A stretch of DNA of 64,000 nt. It comes from Owenia fusiformis. Its lineage: Eukaryota. Each line of letters starts with the position of its first letter. Positions within the stretch are counted from its first letter, which is position 1. The stretch lies in contig CAIIXF020000001.1 in assembly GCA_903813345.2 (NCBI GenBank), positions 5,766,001 through 5,830,000 of the forward strand, written 5' to 3'. The position numbers and the translations under genes were made by a program. Positions 60,842-64,000 of this stretch are shown one piece after another. The notes below the pieces were generated by a model. It worked only from the letters and a program-made list of their open reading frames with translations, did not search any database and was not told the origin of the DNA.

Positions 60842-63648
60842 TTGCATGGTTAGAAATGGCTAAGTGCCGTGACATTTTAGCTCGTGACTGCTTACATAGA
60901 ACCGCAGCCCAGAAATCCATTCAGGCAGAGTTCTATTCTGTTGTAGTTATCCCGTTCCAGGACTTTAAAGTCCTGGAACGGGATAATGTTGTAGTACCAT
61001 TTTGTGATATGATACATTCACTATACTATATTTTGTGTGTATATTACATGTAAAAAAGAATAAATCATTTGCCCCAGTTTTTCACAATTTTCCAGAGAAC
61101 ACCTTTTCATCCAAGGAAAAATTGTTTACTCCATGTAACTTGAAAAACATTTGTTCCAGTATCTTAGGTTATCATAGAATATGTTTATTGTTCATTTTCT
61201 ACAGAATTCTCAAAACATATTTGTTCCTCAATAAACTCTTTGTAGAGTTATAGGAGAATACTTTTCACAATTCAAATTGCAATACAGTATCCTTAAAAAA
61301 AGTTTATCATAACTTTCTCCAGAAATGAAGTTTTTCATTTCAGAATAAAAGCATGCAGAGAAAATAGTTGAGTAATGAGAAGTATTGTTCTATAGTGACA
61401 ACCAGATGAAAAGCTTTGAACAAGTATTAACCATTGTGATTTAAACAGTCTTTGAAAATACAAACATTTAAAGTGTTCACTGAGAGTGAGAATATATCTA
61501 CATTCCTGCGAAAGCTATGTGGATTTTGATTTCAAAATCTTACATGGCTCTCGAAGTGAGTAATCTAAGACTTCATTTGGGAATAAGGGTTTTGGAGAAG
61601 TTTGCTGATGATAGAAATGAATGAAGAAATGAGAGTAATGTATCAATAAAAGATATTTTTTAAGATTTTGCGATTCAAAAAAATTATTGAGTGTTCTTTG
61701 GGAACAACTCTTAAGTGTTCATGGTTTCCATTTAAGGAGAAAAGTGTGCCAAGGGAAACAATCACAAATTCAGAGTATTAAGTGTATTGGTGACAATCAC
61801 ACTTTGATTTCTCAAAAACATGTACATTGTAGTTCAATATGAATTTAGTGTACTTTGAGAATAACTGGATAATTTATGAAAGTACATACACGTCATTCTA
61901 TCTATAAGGTATAATTTAAAATTGCTCACGGGCTGCCACCATATAAAGTATAAACAAGAAAATAATTTACTTTAGAATATTTATTTTTACTATTCTTATT
62001 TCTACCATCTACAAAGAAAACCTTTTCATACAAAAGGAATGTCCACGGTGACAAAACTTTTTACATATGAGATTAAGCATGTGTTTCTGGTCATAATACA
62101 GGAAAGTATATTATGCGAACATTTAAACACAACAAGTGCAGTGTTCATGAAAGGACAGCCCCACTCTTGTCACTTTTGGGACCTCCTGTATGGCACTGGA
62201 TATACATATATGTATAACTTTCAGGAGTTGTATATGATTGGTCTGTCAATATATCAATTATTACATATTTGACCAAAAAGTAGGGGGGGGGGGGGGGGGG
62301 GGTTCACAGAGCCTTGTAGCTAGACAAGTCAAGAGTTCATATTTTTTGACTCACAATGTTAAACTAGCAATATACAGGGTGTCCATAAAGACTCCTACAA
62401 TTACATGTACTGTACAATATAAAGCCTGTGTAAAAAGACTCTGAACACCCTGTAAATTAACCTTTTAAGATTATCCAATGAAACTCCCCACGCATATAAC
62501 CTAATTTATAAAAAAATATCAATTTCTGAAGTTATGTAAACGTCTTTGACAGGAAAAGTTTCTTTCCAGAAGCAAGTAAGCAAGACATACTCAGACTTTC
62601 TTCACAGTTCTAGGTAACTAATATAGCAGTATGTAACAGTTTAATACTGAGTGTTTATAACATGACTTGTATGAACTCCCATTCAAATGCACTGTTCATG
62701 AGGCTCAGTTGACTAAAATGGAGAAAAGGCTCTCTGCAATGATGTCATTTGACTGCAATGATGTCATTTGACTGCAGTGATGTGACATCATTTTCATCAT
62801 GTTATAAACTTCTAGGGTGTGTGATACAAACCAGTCTATGTGATACACCACACACCCTATTTTTCAACCTATATTCCCTAAATATATTATACTACATTAT
62901 TTATTTACAATTACATTAATACAATTAACCCAAACTCATCCAATAAGTTGTTGATTATTTGGACAGTTCTTGCTCTGCAATTAATGGAGGCTACTAACTT
63001 GCCTAATAATTAATAGCCCTGGAAGTACATGTACAAACCACTTAATGATTGGAGAATTCAAATGTTATACCCTATGTTCCAAAGCTTTTCTGTGTGTAGT
63101 TGTGGAACAGAGGGTATAAGTTGTGTTTCAAATATAATTTCCTTCAAATTTAACTATTCAATCACACATCATGATCTATTGAAATAGCTCACAAAAATCC
63201 TGGAAAATCTTGGGTATTGCACTATCTTCACATGATTACAGTATAATCACTTCCAACATTCTGATACATGTACATGAAAATTGCTCATTTAAATCGCCCA
63301 ACAGTGTAATATCAAATGGCATAAAATTGTACCCCACTGATTTTAATATATCACAATACATGCAATAAGCTTTGCAACATAATATGCATTTCAGAAAAAT
63401 ATATTGAATACATACGATATATGAACATGTATATATAGAAACATTGGAATCTCTTGAATAACTAGAAAGCAAACATTCTCTGTTAAGCATGAGTCAAAGA
63501 AACACTTGAATAAGAGAAGTTTGACTGATGATATCAAGGATAATCTATTTATCATGTTTATAGCAGTAGCAGCCCATGCGACCACAAGTATGAATACTGA
63601 GCTTGAAAATGCAATTACTTCATTCATGCTTCTGTATCATTCACGTTC

Positions 63649-64000
63649 TTAATTAGATTTATCCCTTACAGCCTCTCTTATCTCATCAATTAGATTCTCA
63701 TTAATCTTATTTCCAGGAGTAAGAGTAATATCTAGAAGAGTCCCGCTATTCTTTTTCACTCCCTGCAAAATTGCATTGCCCCCTTCATCTGACATGTTAT
63801 TCCCTTCTAAGTCCACACAACGCAGTTTATTATTTGTTGCCAATAATCCTCCTATAATGTCTGCCCCCTTATCTCCAAGGCGATTATAGTCTAGAGATAA
63901 TGTATGCACTGTCTTATGATTTTTAAGTGTTTCAGCCAGCTGACTCCAACCATCATGAGTTACCTTCCGGTTCCCAGACAAATTCAAAGTCGTAATTTTT
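63649..64000 (-). CDS. LRRC73: Leucine-rich repeat protein, LRRC73-like, 3' coding end (partial)
   Basis: Frame is open to the window edge. RNI-like LRRs LNLSGN..VTHDGWSQLA..LSLDYNRLGD..VDLEGN resemble recalled human LRRC73 (LSAN..ITPKGWSRLA..LNLDYNPLGD..LDLEGT). Confidence 0.7.
   Translation of the reverse strand, partial: KITTLNLSGNRKVTHDGWSQLAETLKNHKTVHTLSLDYNRLGDKGADIIGGLLATNNKLRCVDLEGNNMSDEGGNAILQGVKKNSGTLLDITLTPGNKINENLIDEIREAVRDKSN

Larger units (their letters stand above)
48629..60903. mobile_element. Candidate large TIR element with inverted subterminal tandem arrays, hosting the Gypsy insertion
   Basis: Perfect 22-bp inverted repeat GGTTCTATGTAAGCAGTCACGA (48629-48650 and 60882-60903) and homologous arrays in opposite orientation inside each end. 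No TSD seen. Confidence 0.6.

Overview
AT-rich, intron-containing animal genomic DNA (probably a marine invertebrate; taxon is inference), not prokaryotic. There are three minus-strand host genes, assigned by recalled similarity to human proteins: a 4-exon swiprosin-1/EFHD-family gene (12394-6871, 243 aa), a 19-exon FHAD1 gene (48127-19747, about 1360 aa) and the 3' coding end of an LRRC73-like gene running off the right edge. The FHAD1 to EFHD tandem matches the human FHAD1-EFHD2 arrangement. The remainder is rich in mobile DNA. It includes an intact Gypsy LTR retrotransposon with identical LTRs (54168-59001), a 5'-truncated LINE with an open RT ORF, many MITEs, and three large inverted-repeat elements that carry internal tandem arrays: 14523-18764, 42130-46540 and a roughly 12.3 kb candidate at 48629-60903 that encloses the Gypsy. 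FHAD1 also shows a duplicated stop-containing exon, a candidate internal start exon and a 30-nt microexon. All alignments were done by eye and no database was searched.
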